This document shows positions 48,912-59,690 of a stretch of 64,000 nucleotides of DNA, one piece after another. Each line of letters starts with the position of its first letter. Within the stretch, counting starts at the first letter, position 1. Source of the stretch: Bryobacterales bacterium (GTDB taxonomy: Bacteria; Acidobacteriota; Terriglobia; Bryobacterales; UBA6623); assembly GCA_965206655.1 (NCBI GenBank), contig CBDBKC010000038.1, positions 831,430 through 895,429 of the forward strand. The letters run 5' to 3'. The translations under genes were made by a program, and so were the position numbers. The notes under the pieces were generated by a model. The model saw nothing but the letters and a program-made list of their open reading frames with translations, was not told where the DNA came from and did not search any database.

Positions 48912-49889
48912 CTATTCCTCGAACTCCACTTTGGCTAGATATATGCTCGTCTTCTCTTCGTGTGACGAGTAGTAGCTGAACCACAGCATCCCTTGGTGGT
49001 ACACCATGCCCGGATAGCTCGTGTCCCCTCCACTCGGAAACTCCAACACCGGTTCGTACGACGTCGGCGTCATCCGCCACAGCACCGTACGCCGGGACCC
49101 ATCATCGAGATACTTCCGGCTCCCGGCCCACATCCGCCCGTTCGGCAGCAGTATGAAGTTCGGCCCGCCCGGCCGTTCCGTCATCCGGTCCCAAGCCCAG
49201 TCGCGATAGGGTGGGCGGCTCGTCCCGATCCAGCCCGCATGTCGGCCATCGTCACACCGGCCCAGCATGATGGCCTCTCCGTCGGGGCGGAACCGAATCG
49301 CTGTCTCGTTGATGCACGGTACGTCGAGTTCCCGGATCCGTTTGTACCGCACACCGTCAACTGTTTCATAGAGCACACCTTTGTCTACGTCCCCACCAAC
49401 GCCACGGTAGGTGACCCCGTAACCCTTCCGGCCGTGCCAGCTCACTCGCCAAAGCCACTCTCCGGGCCCGACGACGCGCGACCAGGGCGTCCACCGGCGG
49501 CCGTCTTCGGAGAACGCCACGCGCGAATGAAGCTTGGTCGCGGCCCCCGGCGCCTTGACCGCCACGCCGATCAGCAGCATCAGGCGTCCATCGGGCGCGC
49601 GGGAGATCTTCGGGTCCCGCAAATCAAAGCCCGCGTCGGCCAGCAGCGCCGCCGACTGCCAACGCTCTCCGTCTTCGGACACGATCACCCGAATCTTGCC
49701 GCCGGGACTCACATGATCACCTGCCTCACGGAAGGTGCAGAACCACTTGTCTTGATGGCGAATCAGATCCGTGAAGGCGTTATGCTCGCCCCGGTCCCAG
49801 ATCTTCTTTACCGACACCAGCGTCGCACCCTGCCCAAAGCAGAACACGGCACAACCCAGTGCTATCAGAGCCAAACGAAGTAAGCGCAT
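48912..49889 (-). CDS. Secreted BNR/Asp-box repeat protein (sialidase-like)
   Basis: Signal peptide; SEDGERW and SEDGRRW Asp-boxes. Confidence 0.5.
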   Translation of the reverse strand: MRLLRLALIALGCAVFCFGQGATLVSVKKIWDRGEHNAFTDLIRHQDKWFCTFREAGDHVSPGGKIRVIVSEDGERWQSAALLADAGFDLRDPKISRAPDGRLMLLIGVAVKAPGAATKLHSRVAFSEDGRRWTPWSRVVGPGEWLWRVSWHGRKGYGVTYRGVGGDVDKGVLYETVDGVRYKRIRELDVPCINETAIRFRPDGEAIMLGRCDDGRHAGWIGTSRPPYRDWAWDRMTERPGGPNFILLPNGRMWAGSRKYLDDGSRRTVLWRMTPTSYEPVLEFPSGGDTSYPGMVYHQGMLWFSYYSSHEEKTSIYLAKVEFEE

Positions 49890-50200
49890 GTGAACCTCTC
49901 GTGATCAGTCCCTTCCCGGCGATGCAGAGCTATAGCCACCGCTATCCCAAAGGCGTAGGCGATGATCGAGACGGGATCTCCCATACTTTAGGAATTCCTG
50001 GGGAGTGGACGCCGCGAAGTAGCAGGACCCGGATATCTTATCACCAGCAGGACACCCCACCCACAGGGACCTGAAAGATAACTGGCGATCACGACCGAAC
50101 GTACCAGCCAACAGATCGTTTTCGCCCAGGCAGTTACGCCGGCTGGGAGCGCACCCAGACCAGCGTTCGTCAACCTGATTGCTACTCAATCGTCGCCGAC

Positions 50201-51001
50201 TTGGACTACGCACCGCGCCGATGTTATAAACTCGATTACTCCGTTTCCGTGGAAGACAAGCCGCATACCTCCGTCGTTGTTCCGTGTTGGAACGAATGTG
50301 AATCGCTGCCGGAAGCATTCGAGCGCCTGGAAGCGATGGTTCGGACTCGCCCTGGGTGGGAGGTTCTGTTCGTAGACGACGGGAGTACGGACGGGACGCG
50401 AGAGCTGCTCGAAGACCTTGTGGCTGACTCGCGTTGGGCGGGCCTCCTCACGCACGCTGAGAACCTTGGGCTTGGCGCCGCACTAAAAACCGGGTTCTCG
50501 GCGGCTCGGGGCGATATCGTCTGCACGATGGACTCGGATTGCACTTACCCCCCGGAGCGCATGGACGAACTTGTCGATGTCGTCAAACGCGGAGCCGACA
50601 TCGCCACGGCTTCCCCATGGCACCCTGACGCGAAGCAATCGGGGGAATCCGGGCTTCGCTTCTTCGTTTCGCGCTGCGCTTCTCGTGTACATAGCCTAGC
50701 GTTGGGCCGCCGGATCTACACGCTTACGTCCCTGTTTCGAGCCTACTCAGCGCCGGTTCTCGCGAATATCACGCCTCGCGCGAACGGCTTTGGGGCCGTT
50801 GCCGAAACTCTCGTCAAGGCTGCCCTGGCCGGCTACCGAATACACGAAGTTCCGATGCCCGTCACAACGCGCCGCCATGGGGTTTCAAAAATGAACTCGG
50901 TCGACGCGGTCGGGCAACACGTGCTGCTTTTAACGCAAACCATCGCTTGGCGGCTGCATCCCCAGAACCTCGCTCCCGAAAGGAGCGGCCGTGGAGTCTG
51001 A
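50201..51001 (+). CDS. GT2-family glycosyltransferase (dolichyl/polyprenyl-phosphate sugar transferase-like)
   Basis: …VVVPCWNE…VDDGSTDGT…MDSD… GT2 DxD context. Confidence 0.75.
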   Translation: MDYAPRRCYKLDYSVSVEDKPHTSVVVPCWNECESLPEAFERLEAMVRTRPGWEVLFVDDGSTDGTRELLEDLVADSRWAGLLTHAENLGLGAALKTGFSAARGDIVCTMDSDCTYPPERMDELVDVVKRGADIATASPWHPDAKQSGESGLRFFVSRCASRVHSLALGRRIYTLTSLFRAYSAPVLANITPRANGFGAVAETLVKAALAGYRIHEVPMPVTTRRHGVSKMNSVDAVGQHVLLLTQTIAWRLHPQNLAPERSGRGV

Positions 51002-52010
51002 TCTCCGAGTCGGCATCGTCGGCGCGGGCCGCATTGGCCGGTTTCATTTGGAAACGTGCCGTGAAACCCCGGGCTTCAACATTCGCGCAGTCTGTGATCC
51101 TTCCGACTCGATTCGGAAGTCCTTTGGCACTCACGATGTCGCCCTATACTCGTCCGCTGACGACATGTTGGCTCGCGAGGAACTCGACGCGATCTTCGTT
51201 TGCACCCCTCCGGCTCACCATGTCCCGGTTGCATCGCTCTGCCTGGAGAACGCCATCCCCGTCTTGTGCGAGAAGCCCTTTGGGACCGACCTCGCGGATG
51301 CGGGTACGCTTCTCGACCTGTCGGTCCGGCACCAAACGCCGATCCTGCTCGCCAGTAAGTTCCGTCACGTTCCAGCTATTGCACGAGCACGTGAATTGTT
51401 GCGCGAGAGGGCTATTGGCTCGTTGGTTCACGTTGAAATCGAGTTCTGTGACTACGTCGACATGGCGGGGCGGTGGAATTCCATACCATCTCAATCCGGC
51501 GGCGGAGTCATCGTCGACAGCGGCTCCCACGCATTCGACATGCTACAGTTTGTCGCCGGGCCCCTCCACTGCATACAGGCAATACGAATGAGACAGGTGC
51601 AACCCTTCGCGGTGGAAGATGGAGTCGTCGTTCACGTCGAGACCCAAGAAGGCGCCACTGCCTCTATCACGTTGAGTTGGAGCCTGCCAGCGGTGGGTAC
51701 TCCGTTGCTGCGCCTCAGAGGGGAACGAGGAGAGATCGCGGTCGGATGGCGGGAATCTTGGCTGCGTGTCCAAGGAAACGACCCCGTCCGATTCGGCGCC
51801 GGTTACGACAAAGTCGAGGCTCACCGCGGCATGTATCAGCAGCTCCGGCGGGTCCTCCGATCGGGTACGGCGGCGTGGATCACCAGTGAAGAAATCCTCG
51901 CTGTGTCACGAGCCATCGAATCCGCCTATGCTTCACTCGACAGCGAGAGCCGGGTTACCCTTCCCTCACGCCACGATGAGGCGATAAGTGACTTGGCTGG
52001 GCGGCAATGA
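50991..52010 (+). CDS. Gfo/Idh/MocA-family NAD(P)-dependent oxidoreductase
   Basis: VGIVGAGRIGRFH Rossmann motif; EKP motif (CEKPFG). Confidence 0.85.
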   Translation: MESDLRVGIVGAGRIGRFHLETCRETPGFNIRAVCDPSDSIRKSFGTHDVALYSSADDMLAREELDAIFVCTPPAHHVPVASLCLENAIPVLCEKPFGTDLADAGTLLDLSVRHQTPILLASKFRHVPAIARARELLRERAIGSLVHVEIEFCDYVDMAGRWNSIPSQSGGGVIVDSGSHAFDMLQFVAGPLHCIQAIRMRQVQPFAVEDGVVVHVETQEGATASITLSWSLPAVGTPLLRLRGERGEIAVGWRESWLRVQGNDPVRFGAGYDKVEAHRGMYQQLRRVLRSGTAAWITSEEILAVSRAIESAYASLDSESRVTLPSRHDEAISDLAGRQ

Positions 52011-52666
52011 GCCAGCCCCCCCTTCACAGCGAAGCCCGAATCCATCGTACGGCTCTCATCGAAGCTGACGTGATTGTTGGTCCGGGCACCGCGGTCTGGG
52101 ACCATGTCCATCTGCGCAGCGGTGCGCGTGTTGGCCGGAAGTGCATTATCGGAGAGAAGACTTATATCGCCGGTGGCGTGATGATTGGCGATCGAGTAAA
52201 GATCAACGGCTTCGTCTATCTCTGCGCTGGTGTCACCATAGAGCGTGGCGCAATGGTCAGCGCGGGAACGGTTTTCACTAACGACCGGAATCCCCGAGCG
52301 ACCACGCCCGACCTGCGGGAACTGCTGGGTTCCGAGATGAACGAAGAAACGGGGCGGACGATCGTGCGCGAAGGCGCCACGATCGGCGCCAATGCCACGA
52401 TCGGGGTCAACGTCGAAATCGGCCGATTCGCAATGGTCGGCATGGGGTCGGTTGTGACGCGCTCGGTACTCGATTTCCACCTCGTCGTTGGAAATCCCGC
52501 CCGCCATATCGGGTTTGTCTGTCGCTGTGGCCTTCGGCTGGCACAGGGTGACGGACCGAACCCTTCGGGAACCGGCCTTTGCTGCCGTCGCTGCGAAAGG
52601 AACTATCTGCTGACGGAAAGGGTTGTCACCGAGCTCGAGGCCGGCGATTTTGGAGACAACGGCTGA
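52007..52666 (+). CDS. Left-handed beta-helix (hexapeptide-repeat) sugar N-acetyltransferase-like protein
   Basis: Repeated [LIV]G.... hexapeptides (IGDRVKINGFVYL, IGANATIGVNVEIG). Confidence 0.75.
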   Translation: MSQPPLHSEARIHRTALIEADVIVGPGTAVWDHVHLRSGARVGRKCIIGEKTYIAGGVMIGDRVKINGFVYLCAGVTIERGAMVSAGTVFTNDRNPRATTPDLRELLGSEMNEETGRTIVREGATIGANATIGVNVEIGRFAMVGMGSVVTRSVLDFHLVVGNPARHIGFVCRCGLRLAQGDGPNPSGTGLCCRRCERNYLLTERVVTELEAGDFGDNG

Positions 52667-52667
52667 A

Positions 52668-53351
52668 GTGACGCCGCGAGGACGGAGCTGGGCGGTCATC
52701 GGTGGCGGCATGCTCGGCATGACGCTTGCCACAAAGCTTGCCCGCCTCGGTGCGCGAGTGGAGATCTTCGAATCCGCGCCTCATCTCGGCGGCTTGGCGG
52801 ATGCCTGGACACTCGGCGACATCACCTGGGACCGCCACTATCACGTCATCACGCCGTCTGACACTCAATTGCTGGCGCTTCTCGATGAGATCGGACTGAC
52901 CGCAGAGATCGAGTGGTCTCAGACGCGTACCGGCTTCTATGCCGGTGGCAAGCTCTATCCGATGTCAACCGCCGCCGACTTCCTGCGCTTCCCGCTCCTC
53001 GGTATCGCGAGCAAAGTTCGGCTCGCCGCCACGATGGCGTATGCATCCCGTATACGCGACTGGAAACGTCTCGAACAGATTCCTGTTGACGAATGGCTTC
53101 GCCGCTGCTCCGGCCGCGCCGCCTTCGATACGGTTTGGAAGCCGCTGCTCACGGCGAAGCTCGGCGAGAGCTATCACGACACCTCCGCCGCTTTCATCTG
53201 GGCTACGATCGTGCGCTTATACAAGGGCCGGACGGGCGGCAAGAACCGCGGCTCCTTCGGGTACGTTGGTGGCGGCTATGCACGCATTATCGAGAAACTG
53301 GAAAGCAACCTAAGGGAACGGGGTGTCTCAATCTCACTACTGTCCGGCTGA
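52668..53351 (+). pseudogene. FAD/NAD(P)-binding oxidoreductase (amine-oxidase/UDP-galactopyranose-mutase-like), 3'-truncated by IS insertion
   Basis: VIGGGMLGMTLATKLARLG…E dinucleotide fold; reading frame ends …SLLSG* inside the IS inverted repeat. Confidence 0.5.
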
Positions 53352-54661
53352 TAAGCGGTGGGCGGCCTGCAACTGGTTGTAGAAAAGTGGGTTAGGTGTT
53401 GTTTTTTCTTGCCGCGATTTGAGCGGCGGTGCGCCGTTTGAGCGTCATCCGTCCTGAGCCGACAATGGCTCATGAATCTGGGCCGCACCGTATTCGCGCA
53501 GTTGATCAGCTTTCTTCCGGATCGCGAGTTCCGGCGCTGTGTGGCCCGCTACGATGGCGACCGGGGCTCGCGCAGCTTCTCCTGCTGGGATCAGTTCCTC
53601 TCGATGTCCTTCGCCCAGTTGACCTACCGCGAAAGCCTCCGCGATATCGAAGCGTGCCTGCGTTCGCTTGGCGGCAAGCTCTACCACATGGGATTCCGCG
53701 GCAACGTCGCGCGCTCGACACTGGCCGACGCTAACGAGTCGCGCGACTGGCGGATCTATGCCGATTTCGCTCAGGCCTTGATTCGCATCGCGCGGCCCTT
53801 GTATGCCCGCGATCCGATCGGCGTGGATCTCAATCAAAGTCTCTACGCTCTGGACTCGACCACCATCGACCTGTGCCTCTCGCTGTTCCCGTGGGCCAAG
53901 TTCCGCCGGCGCAAGGCCGCCGTGAAGATGCACACGCTGTTGGACCTGCACGGTAACATCCCCACGTTTATCCGCATTACCGACGGCAAAACGCACGACG
54001 TCAACATCCTCGACGAGTTCCTACCCGAGCCCGGCGCCTTCTACGTTATGGATCGGGCCTACGTGGATTTCGAACGCCTCTTCGTGTTCACCCTCTGCTC
54101 GTCGTTCTTCGTCGTGCGAACCAAGAAGAACATCTTGCTCCAACGGCGCTACTCGCATCCCGTCGACAAATCTACGGGCGTGCGCTCGGATCAGACCGTC
54201 ATACTGACTGCCATCGAATCGGCCAAAGTCTATCCGGACCCGTTGAGGCGCGTCAGCTACGTCGACGCCGCGACGAACAAGCGGCTGAAGTTCCTGACCA
54301 ACAACTTCGCGCTCCCGGCACTGACCATCGCCGAGATCTACCGTTCGCGCTGGCAGGTGGAGCTGTTCTTCAAGTGGGTCAAGCAGCACTTGCGGATCAA
54401 GAAGTTCTACGGCGCCAGCGAGAACGCCGTGAAGACCCAGATTTGGATCGCCGTCTCGGTGTACGTGCTGGTGGCGATCGTGCGGAAGAGGTTGGGCCTG
54501 GAGGCGAGTCTCTACCAAATCCTACAGATTCTCAGCGTTACCCTATTTGAGAAAACGCCCATTTTACAGGCCTTGCAGCCATCAGACTCCCATGAAAACT
54601 TACTCGATCACCCCAACCAGCTGATTCTATTCGACTTCTAACCGGACAGTAGTGACATCAC
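53333..54661 (+). mobile_element. IS4-family insertion sequence (~1.33 kb) with terminal inverted repeats tcactactgtccgg / ccggacagtagtga
   Basis: Inverted repeats seen directly; flanking genes on both sides are truncated. Confidence 0.75.
53472..54641 (+). CDS. IS4-family DDE transposase
   Basis: 389 aa; DDE region with the Y-(2)-R-(3)-E-(6)-K signature ([20 protein letters not shown]). Confidence 0.8.
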   Translation: MNLGRTVFAQLISFLPDREFRRCVARYDGDRGSRSFSCWDQFLSMSFAQLTYRESLRDIEACLRSLGGKLYHMGFRGNVARSTLADANESRDWRIYADFAQALIRIARPLYARDPIGVDLNQSLYALDSTTIDLCLSLFPWAKFRRRKAAVKMHTLLDLHGNIPTFIRITDGKTHDVNILDEFLPEPGAFYVMDRAYVDFERLFVFTLCSSFFVVRTKKNILLQRRYSHPVDKSTGVRSDQTVILTAIESAKVYPDPLRRVSYVDAATNKRLKFLTNNFALPALTIAEIYRSRWQVELFFKWVKQHLRIKKFYGASENAVKTQIWIAVSVYVLVAIVRKRLGLEASLYQILQILSVTLFEKTPILQALQPSDSHENLLDHPNQLILFDF

Positions 54662-56494
54662 ATAGTCAGCGGACTCCGGGACCTGTTCGTAGGTGTGACG
54701 AATCGCCTCTGTGTAGCCGTCACCCAGCGACTGTCTCATGTATTTGTTTCCGATGAAGGGCGGGTTGCCCACAACGAAATCGGTCTCGGGCCATTCGGCT
54801 TTGCGGGGGTTGATGTAGCGGAACTCGGGGACCTGCGCGTTTTCGTCGGGGACTTCCTCGCCGGTGACGGGGTGGGGCTTGGTGGTGCGTCCGTCCCAGT
54901 GGGTGACGGGGCGGCCGTGCTCGTCGTTGACGATATCGACGCGGTCCCAGGCGAGGACGGCGTCGCGGGCTTCGATGGTTTTGTAGTCCTTGATGACGGG
55001 TTCGGGCGGCTTGACGTTGCCGCGCGTGCGGAAGTGCCACTGGAGGTAGCCGATCCAGAGAACGGCTTCGGTGATGCGGGCGGCGCGCGGGTTGGATTCG
55101 AGCCCGAGCATCTGATGGGGGTCGACGGTGACGCCGGCGGTTTCGAGACGGCCTTGGGAGTGGCCGAGGTCGTCGAGGGTGTTGAAGACTTCGCCTTCGA
55201 GACGCTTCATGTGTTCGAGCGTGACGTAGAGGAAGTTGCCGGAGCCGCAAGCAGGGTCGAGCACGCGGACGGAGGCGAGGCGGTGCTGGAAGTCGAGGAC
55301 CTCTTTGACGGCGTCTTTGTGCTTGCCCTGGCGGTCGAGCGTGAGGGCGGCGGCTTGGACGGCGGTCCACTCCTCGCGCAGGGGCTCGATGACGGTGGGC
55401 ATGACGAGGCGCTCGACGTAGGAACGGGGCGTGTAGTGCGCGCCGAGCTTGTGGCGTTCGACGGGGTCGAGGGCGCGTTCGAGCAGGGTGCCGAAGATGG
55501 CGGGCTCGACGTCGCGCCAGTCGGCGTTGGATGCGAAGCGGAGTAGGTCGAGCTGATCACGGTTGAGCGGCAAGGCTTGGTGATCGGCGAAGATGCCGCC
55601 GTTAAAGCGCAGCAGGTCGGTGCGGATTTCGGGTGAGAAGCCGCCGCGGTCCATGGTTTTCCAGAGGCCGGGAATGAGGCGCGGGAAGTTTTCCGGCTGC
55701 TCGCGGCATTCATCGAGCAGGCCGGTGAAGCTGCGTTCGGGGAGGAGTCCGACGTCCTCGGCGAACATGGTGAACAGGCAACGCATGAGGAAGGCGGCGA
55801 CGGTGTCGGCGTCGTAGCCCTGCTTTTCAAGGGCCTCGGCGAGGCGGGCGAGATCGTTGGCGATGGATTTCGTGACGCGGGCGGATTCGAGGGACGGGGC
55901 GAGGCTGAGCGGGTCGGTCCAGACGGCGCGGAGTTTTTGTTGGACGGCGGGGTCGGCGAGATCCTCAAGGCGGATGCGGTGCGAGCGGGGATCGGGGAAC
56001 GGAACGTAGGTGGCGCCGGAGCGGGTGAATTCGGAGTAAAGCTCGATGGAGCGGGGCACGTCGGTGACGATCAAGAAGGGCGGACGGCCTTCGGAGGCGG
56101 GGAGGGCGCGGGCGTATTGCTGGGCTTGCCCGTGGGCGCGGAGCATGGCGTTGCCCCAGACCTGGCTGCCGAGGGCTTGATCGGTTTTCTTGGCTTCGAG
56201 GACGAACGAGCCGCGCTTATAGAGGTCGATGAAGCCGCGGCTTTCGGTGCCGTCGGCGTGATGGAAGATGACTTTGCGCTCGAAGACGTAGGTGTTGTCT
56301 TCGAGGCGTTGGGAGGCGGGTTCGGGTTGGGGTAGGTCGAGTAGGGTGCAAAGTTCGGTGAGGAAGAGTTGGTAGTTCTGTCGCTCGGTGCCGCCGGTTT
56401 CGGACCAGCGTTGGATGAACGGGGCGGCGTCTTTCGCGGGCGTGGCGGGGGATTCGGACACGGTTTTCCGGGCGGCGTTCCAGATTAGCATCAC
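54638..56494 (-). pseudogene. MmeI-like type IIL restriction-modification enzyme (N-terminal PD-ExK nuclease + gamma-class N6-adenine methyltransferase), C-terminally truncated by the IS4-family element
   Basis: [16 protein letters not shown] (D…ExK), [10 protein letters not shown] (SAM motif I), VVGNPPFIG (motif IV). Ends …SLLSG* within the IS inverted repeat; helical/target-recognition domains missing. Confidence 0.65.
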
Positions 56495-56768
56495 CAGGCT
56501 TCAATCGGGCATTCTGATGGATGTTCATTCGGTTCTCCAAGGTTGCAGTTGTGGGATAACTCCCGCTTCCCTGGTCCGGGGCCGAATGAACAACCTATTG
56601 AAGATCACATCCAGCGCCCGCAGGTGCGCGGAGTGACATCTCCGATGATTTTATGTTACTCTTTTTGTTTCAGTTAGATAGGGTCCGTATTGAGCGACCT
56701 AGGAAGGGCTTGGCGGGGGGAGAATGTGCGGAAAAGCCCCTCTTGGTTCTCAGATATGGAATTTTGTC

Positions 56769-56797
56769 TTGCCAAAACCTATGAAGTTTGGTATATT
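56769..56797 (+). promoter_or_regulatory. Candidate sigma70-like promoter (TTGCCA-17 bp-TATATT) in an AT-rich island
   Basis: Seen directly; region 56560-56900 is far more AT-rich than its surroundings. Confidence 0.25.
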
Positions 56798-57016
56798 GTA
56801 TTCAAGCCGGGGAGGCAACCCCACCAAAGCGAGACTAACCTCAACCAAAAGACCCCTGAAACTCAACACCTCCCCGGCCCCCCCTTTCTCTCCTCTAGAC
56901 TAGTTGGTTCGAGCACGCATCGCACGTAACGCGTGCTCGTTCGTCAAGTTCACCGTACCGCCGTCTACAGCCGGGGGGCTGTGATACGGTTGATTGAGGC
57001 TTGTGCAACGTAGGTC

Positions 57017-58204
57017 ATGCGGCTGGCGATACTAGGTTCGACGGGGTCCATCGGCGTCAACACCCTTCAAGTCGTTCGAGAGATGGGCCCCGGGAACGAG
57101 GTCTTGTCACTGGCGGCCGGCCGGAATGTCGAGGAGTTGCTCGGCCAAGCGTTGGAATTCCGGCCGCAAGTCATATCCCTCGCCGATGAAGTAGCCCGCG
57201 ACCGTTTTCGAGCCTTGCTTCGAGAGCAGCCCGGCGTTTCGACATACCGTCCCGAGCTTCTGTGTGGAAGCGAAGGCAACCTGGCCGCCGTACAGGCTGT
57301 CGCGTGCGATGTGGTCGTCTCTGCCGCCGTGGGCGTCGCGGGTTTGGAAGCTACCTTCGAGGCCGTGCGTCAGGGCAAACGTGTCGCGCTCGCGAATAAG
57401 GAAGTTATGGTCGCGGCGGGAGATCTCGTCATGCAAGAGGCGGCCCGGACGGGGGCCGAGGTGCTGCCTGTCGACAGTGAACACAACGCCCTGCACCAAT
57501 GCCTGCGGACAGGCGCGCGCAAAGAGGTGCGGAAAGTGATTTTGACTGCCTCCGGCGGGCCGTTCCGTACCACGCCGCAGGCCGAGTTGGAGCAGGTCAC
57601 GCCCGAGGCGGCCCTCAATCACCCCACCTGGAAAATGGGGCCGCGCATTACGATCGATTCGGCGACACTGATGAACAAGGGCTTCGAAGTCATCGAGGCC
57701 TGCCGGCTTTTCGATCTGCGGCCGGACGAGATTGAAGTCGTTGTTCACCCGCAATCGATCGTCCACGCACTGGTTGAGTTCGTCGACGGTTCCGTGATCG
57801 CGCAACTCGCGCCCCCGGACATGAAACTCCCGATTCGCTACGCTCTGACTTATCCGGAACGACAGACCGGCGCCTTGGACCGGCTGCGGTGGGATCGTGT
57901 GAGACAATTAGACTTTGAGCCGCCGGACCGGCGCAAGTTTCCCCTTTTGGGACTGGCCTACCGGGCGCTCGAAGTCGGTGGTACGGCGGGCTGCATCCTG
58001 AATGCAGCCGATGAGATTGCGGTGGAGGCGTTTCTGGATTCGCGAATTCCTTTCCCCGCGATCCCGCGTATCGTAGAAAGCGTTTTGGAACAATCCCGCA
58101 TCGATCAACCTGCTTCAGTCGAAGAGGTTTTGGCCGCGGATCGGGCGGCGCGAGAACGGGCGCGGACAGCCGTTCGCGAGTCGTCCGTCGGGGTTGGCTC
58201 TTGA
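57017..58204 (+). CDS. dxr: 1-deoxy-D-xylulose 5-phosphate reductoisomerase
   Basis: MRLAILGSTGSIG NADPH motif; LANKE; full-length 395 aa. Confidence 0.9.
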   Translation: MRLAILGSTGSIGVNTLQVVREMGPGNEVLSLAAGRNVEELLGQALEFRPQVISLADEVARDRFRALLREQPGVSTYRPELLCGSEGNLAAVQAVACDVVVSAAVGVAGLEATFEAVRQGKRVALANKEVMVAAGDLVMQEAARTGAEVLPVDSEHNALHQCLRTGARKEVRKVILTASGGPFRTTPQAELEQVTPEAALNHPTWKMGPRITIDSATLMNKGFEVIEACRLFDLRPDEIEVVVHPQSIVHALVEFVDGSVIAQLAPPDMKLPIRYALTYPERQTGALDRLRWDRVRQLDFEPPDRRKFPLLGLAYRALEVGGTAGCILNAADEIAVEAFLDSRIPFPAIPRIVESVLEQSRIDQPASVEEVLAADRAARERARTAVRESSVGVGS

Positions 58205-58224
58205 GAAGAGGCTGGTAATTCCGC

Positions 58225-59550
58225 ATGGGACTGATTTGGAACATCGGCGCGTTCATCTTCGTTCTGGGCGTGATGGTGTTGGTCCACGAGATGGGCCACT
58301 TCTTGGCGGCCCGCTACTTCGATGTGAAGGTTGACGCCTTCGCGATCGGCTTTGGACCACGGCTGTTCGGCTTCCGGGGAAAAGAAACCGACTACAAGAT
58401 TTGCATCCTTCCGATTGGCGGTTTCGTCAAGATGGCCGGCGAGAACCCCGGCGAGCCCCCGGAGAGTCCGCGCGACTTCATGGCGAAACCGCGTTGGCAG
58501 CGGATCATCATCGCGCTCGGCGGCCCGGTTTTTAACTTTATCCTCGCGATCGTTCTTCTCGTTGGCCTGTTCATGGTGCGTTACGAGAAGATGGCGTTCC
58601 TTGATGAGCCGGCGCGAGTTGGTTTCGTCGGGGCAGAGTCGGCCGCTGAAAAAGCAGGCATCCAAAGCGGCGACCTGATCGTCGCGATTGACGGGCAGCA
58701 GACGCCTACCTGGGAGAGCGTTAAGCTCAACGAAATCGCCGCGGCGCACTCGACGGTGCAAGTGACCATCGAGCGCAATGGGGGCCGCCTCGACATCCCT
58801 GTCACAATTGACGCCGACGAACAATCGGGCATCGGCAATGCCGGCTGGGCCGAAGAGTCACAAGTTCGCCTCGGCAACACGATGCCCGACATGCCCGCCG
58901 GGAAAGCAGGGATTTTACCGGGCGACCTGCTGATCGCCATCAACGGGCAGGAGATCAACTCGGTTCGGCAAGTGCCGGAAGAGATCCAGAGGATCAAAAG
59001 CGCCGAGGCCGAATTCGAGATCGAACGAGGGACGGAGCGGTTGATGATCCGCATCGCGCCCGTGTTTCACGAATCAGCGATCTCGGGCGATGCCTGGCGC
59101 ATCGGTGTCGATCTGAAGCCGACTCACGAAATCATCAAAACCAGTCTCGCCTTCCCCGACGCCGTCAAGGAAGCGGTCAACTACAGCGTCAACAATGTCA
59201 CATTGACGTTCAAGGTTCTGCGCGGCTTGGTCGAGCAGCGCATGTCCCCTAAATCGATCGAGGGCCCGATCGGGATTGCGCGCATTTCAGGCGACGCCGC
59301 CCGGTCAGGAGTCCCGCAACTGGTGACGATCATGGCCTTGATCAGTTTGCAACTGGGGATCTTCAACCTGTTGCCGATTCCGATTCTCGACGGCGGTGTC
59401 ATTACCATGCTTCTGGTCGAGTCGCTAATCCGCCGCGACCTGAGCCTCGTGGTCAAGGAACGAGTTGCTCAAGTCGGCTTCCTGTTCCTGATTATCTTGT
59501 TCGCGTTCGTCATGTATAACGACATCGTCAAGAGCCTGGGACCCGGCTAA
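58225..59550 (+). CDS. rseP: RIP metalloprotease RseP (site-2 protease) with PDZ domains
   Basis: HEMGHFLAARYF zinc motif; two PDZ; C-terminal LDG motif (PIPILDGG). Confidence 0.9.
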   Translation: MGLIWNIGAFIFVLGVMVLVHEMGHFLAARYFDVKVDAFAIGFGPRLFGFRGKETDYKICILPIGGFVKMAGENPGEPPESPRDFMAKPRWQRIIIALGGPVFNFILAIVLLVGLFMVRYEKMAFLDEPARVGFVGAESAAEKAGIQSGDLIVAIDGQQTPTWESVKLNEIAAAHSTVQVTIERNGGRLDIPVTIDADEQSGIGNAGWAEESQVRLGNTMPDMPAGKAGILPGDLLIAINGQEINSVRQVPEEIQRIKSAEAEFEIERGTERLMIRIAPVFHESAISGDAWRIGVDLKPTHEIIKTSLAFPDAVKEAVNYSVNNVTLTFKVLRGLVEQRMSPKSIEGPIGIARISGDAARSGVPQLVTIMALISLQLGIFNLLPIPILDGGVITMLLVESLIRRDLSLVVKERVAQVGFLFLIILFAFVMYNDIVKSLGPG

Positions 59551-59690
59551 GATAGCGGCTGCAACCAAGCGCCTGGAAATCTAAATGTTCGGAAGCTCAC
59601 TCAGGCGTGATTTGAATCCGCCGTCCGTGTCAAAATAGGAAAGAGTCTGTGGCAGGAAGCTGACCGCCGACTAGAGGAGTCAACGGTTTT

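Noticed and set aside
54638-56494. BREX PglX-like methyltransferase interpretation
   Set aside because: The N-terminus has a PD-ExK nuclease motif (IDLY…LEAKK) typical of MmeI-like type IIL enzymes, and no other BREX genes (pglZ, brxC/L) are nearby.
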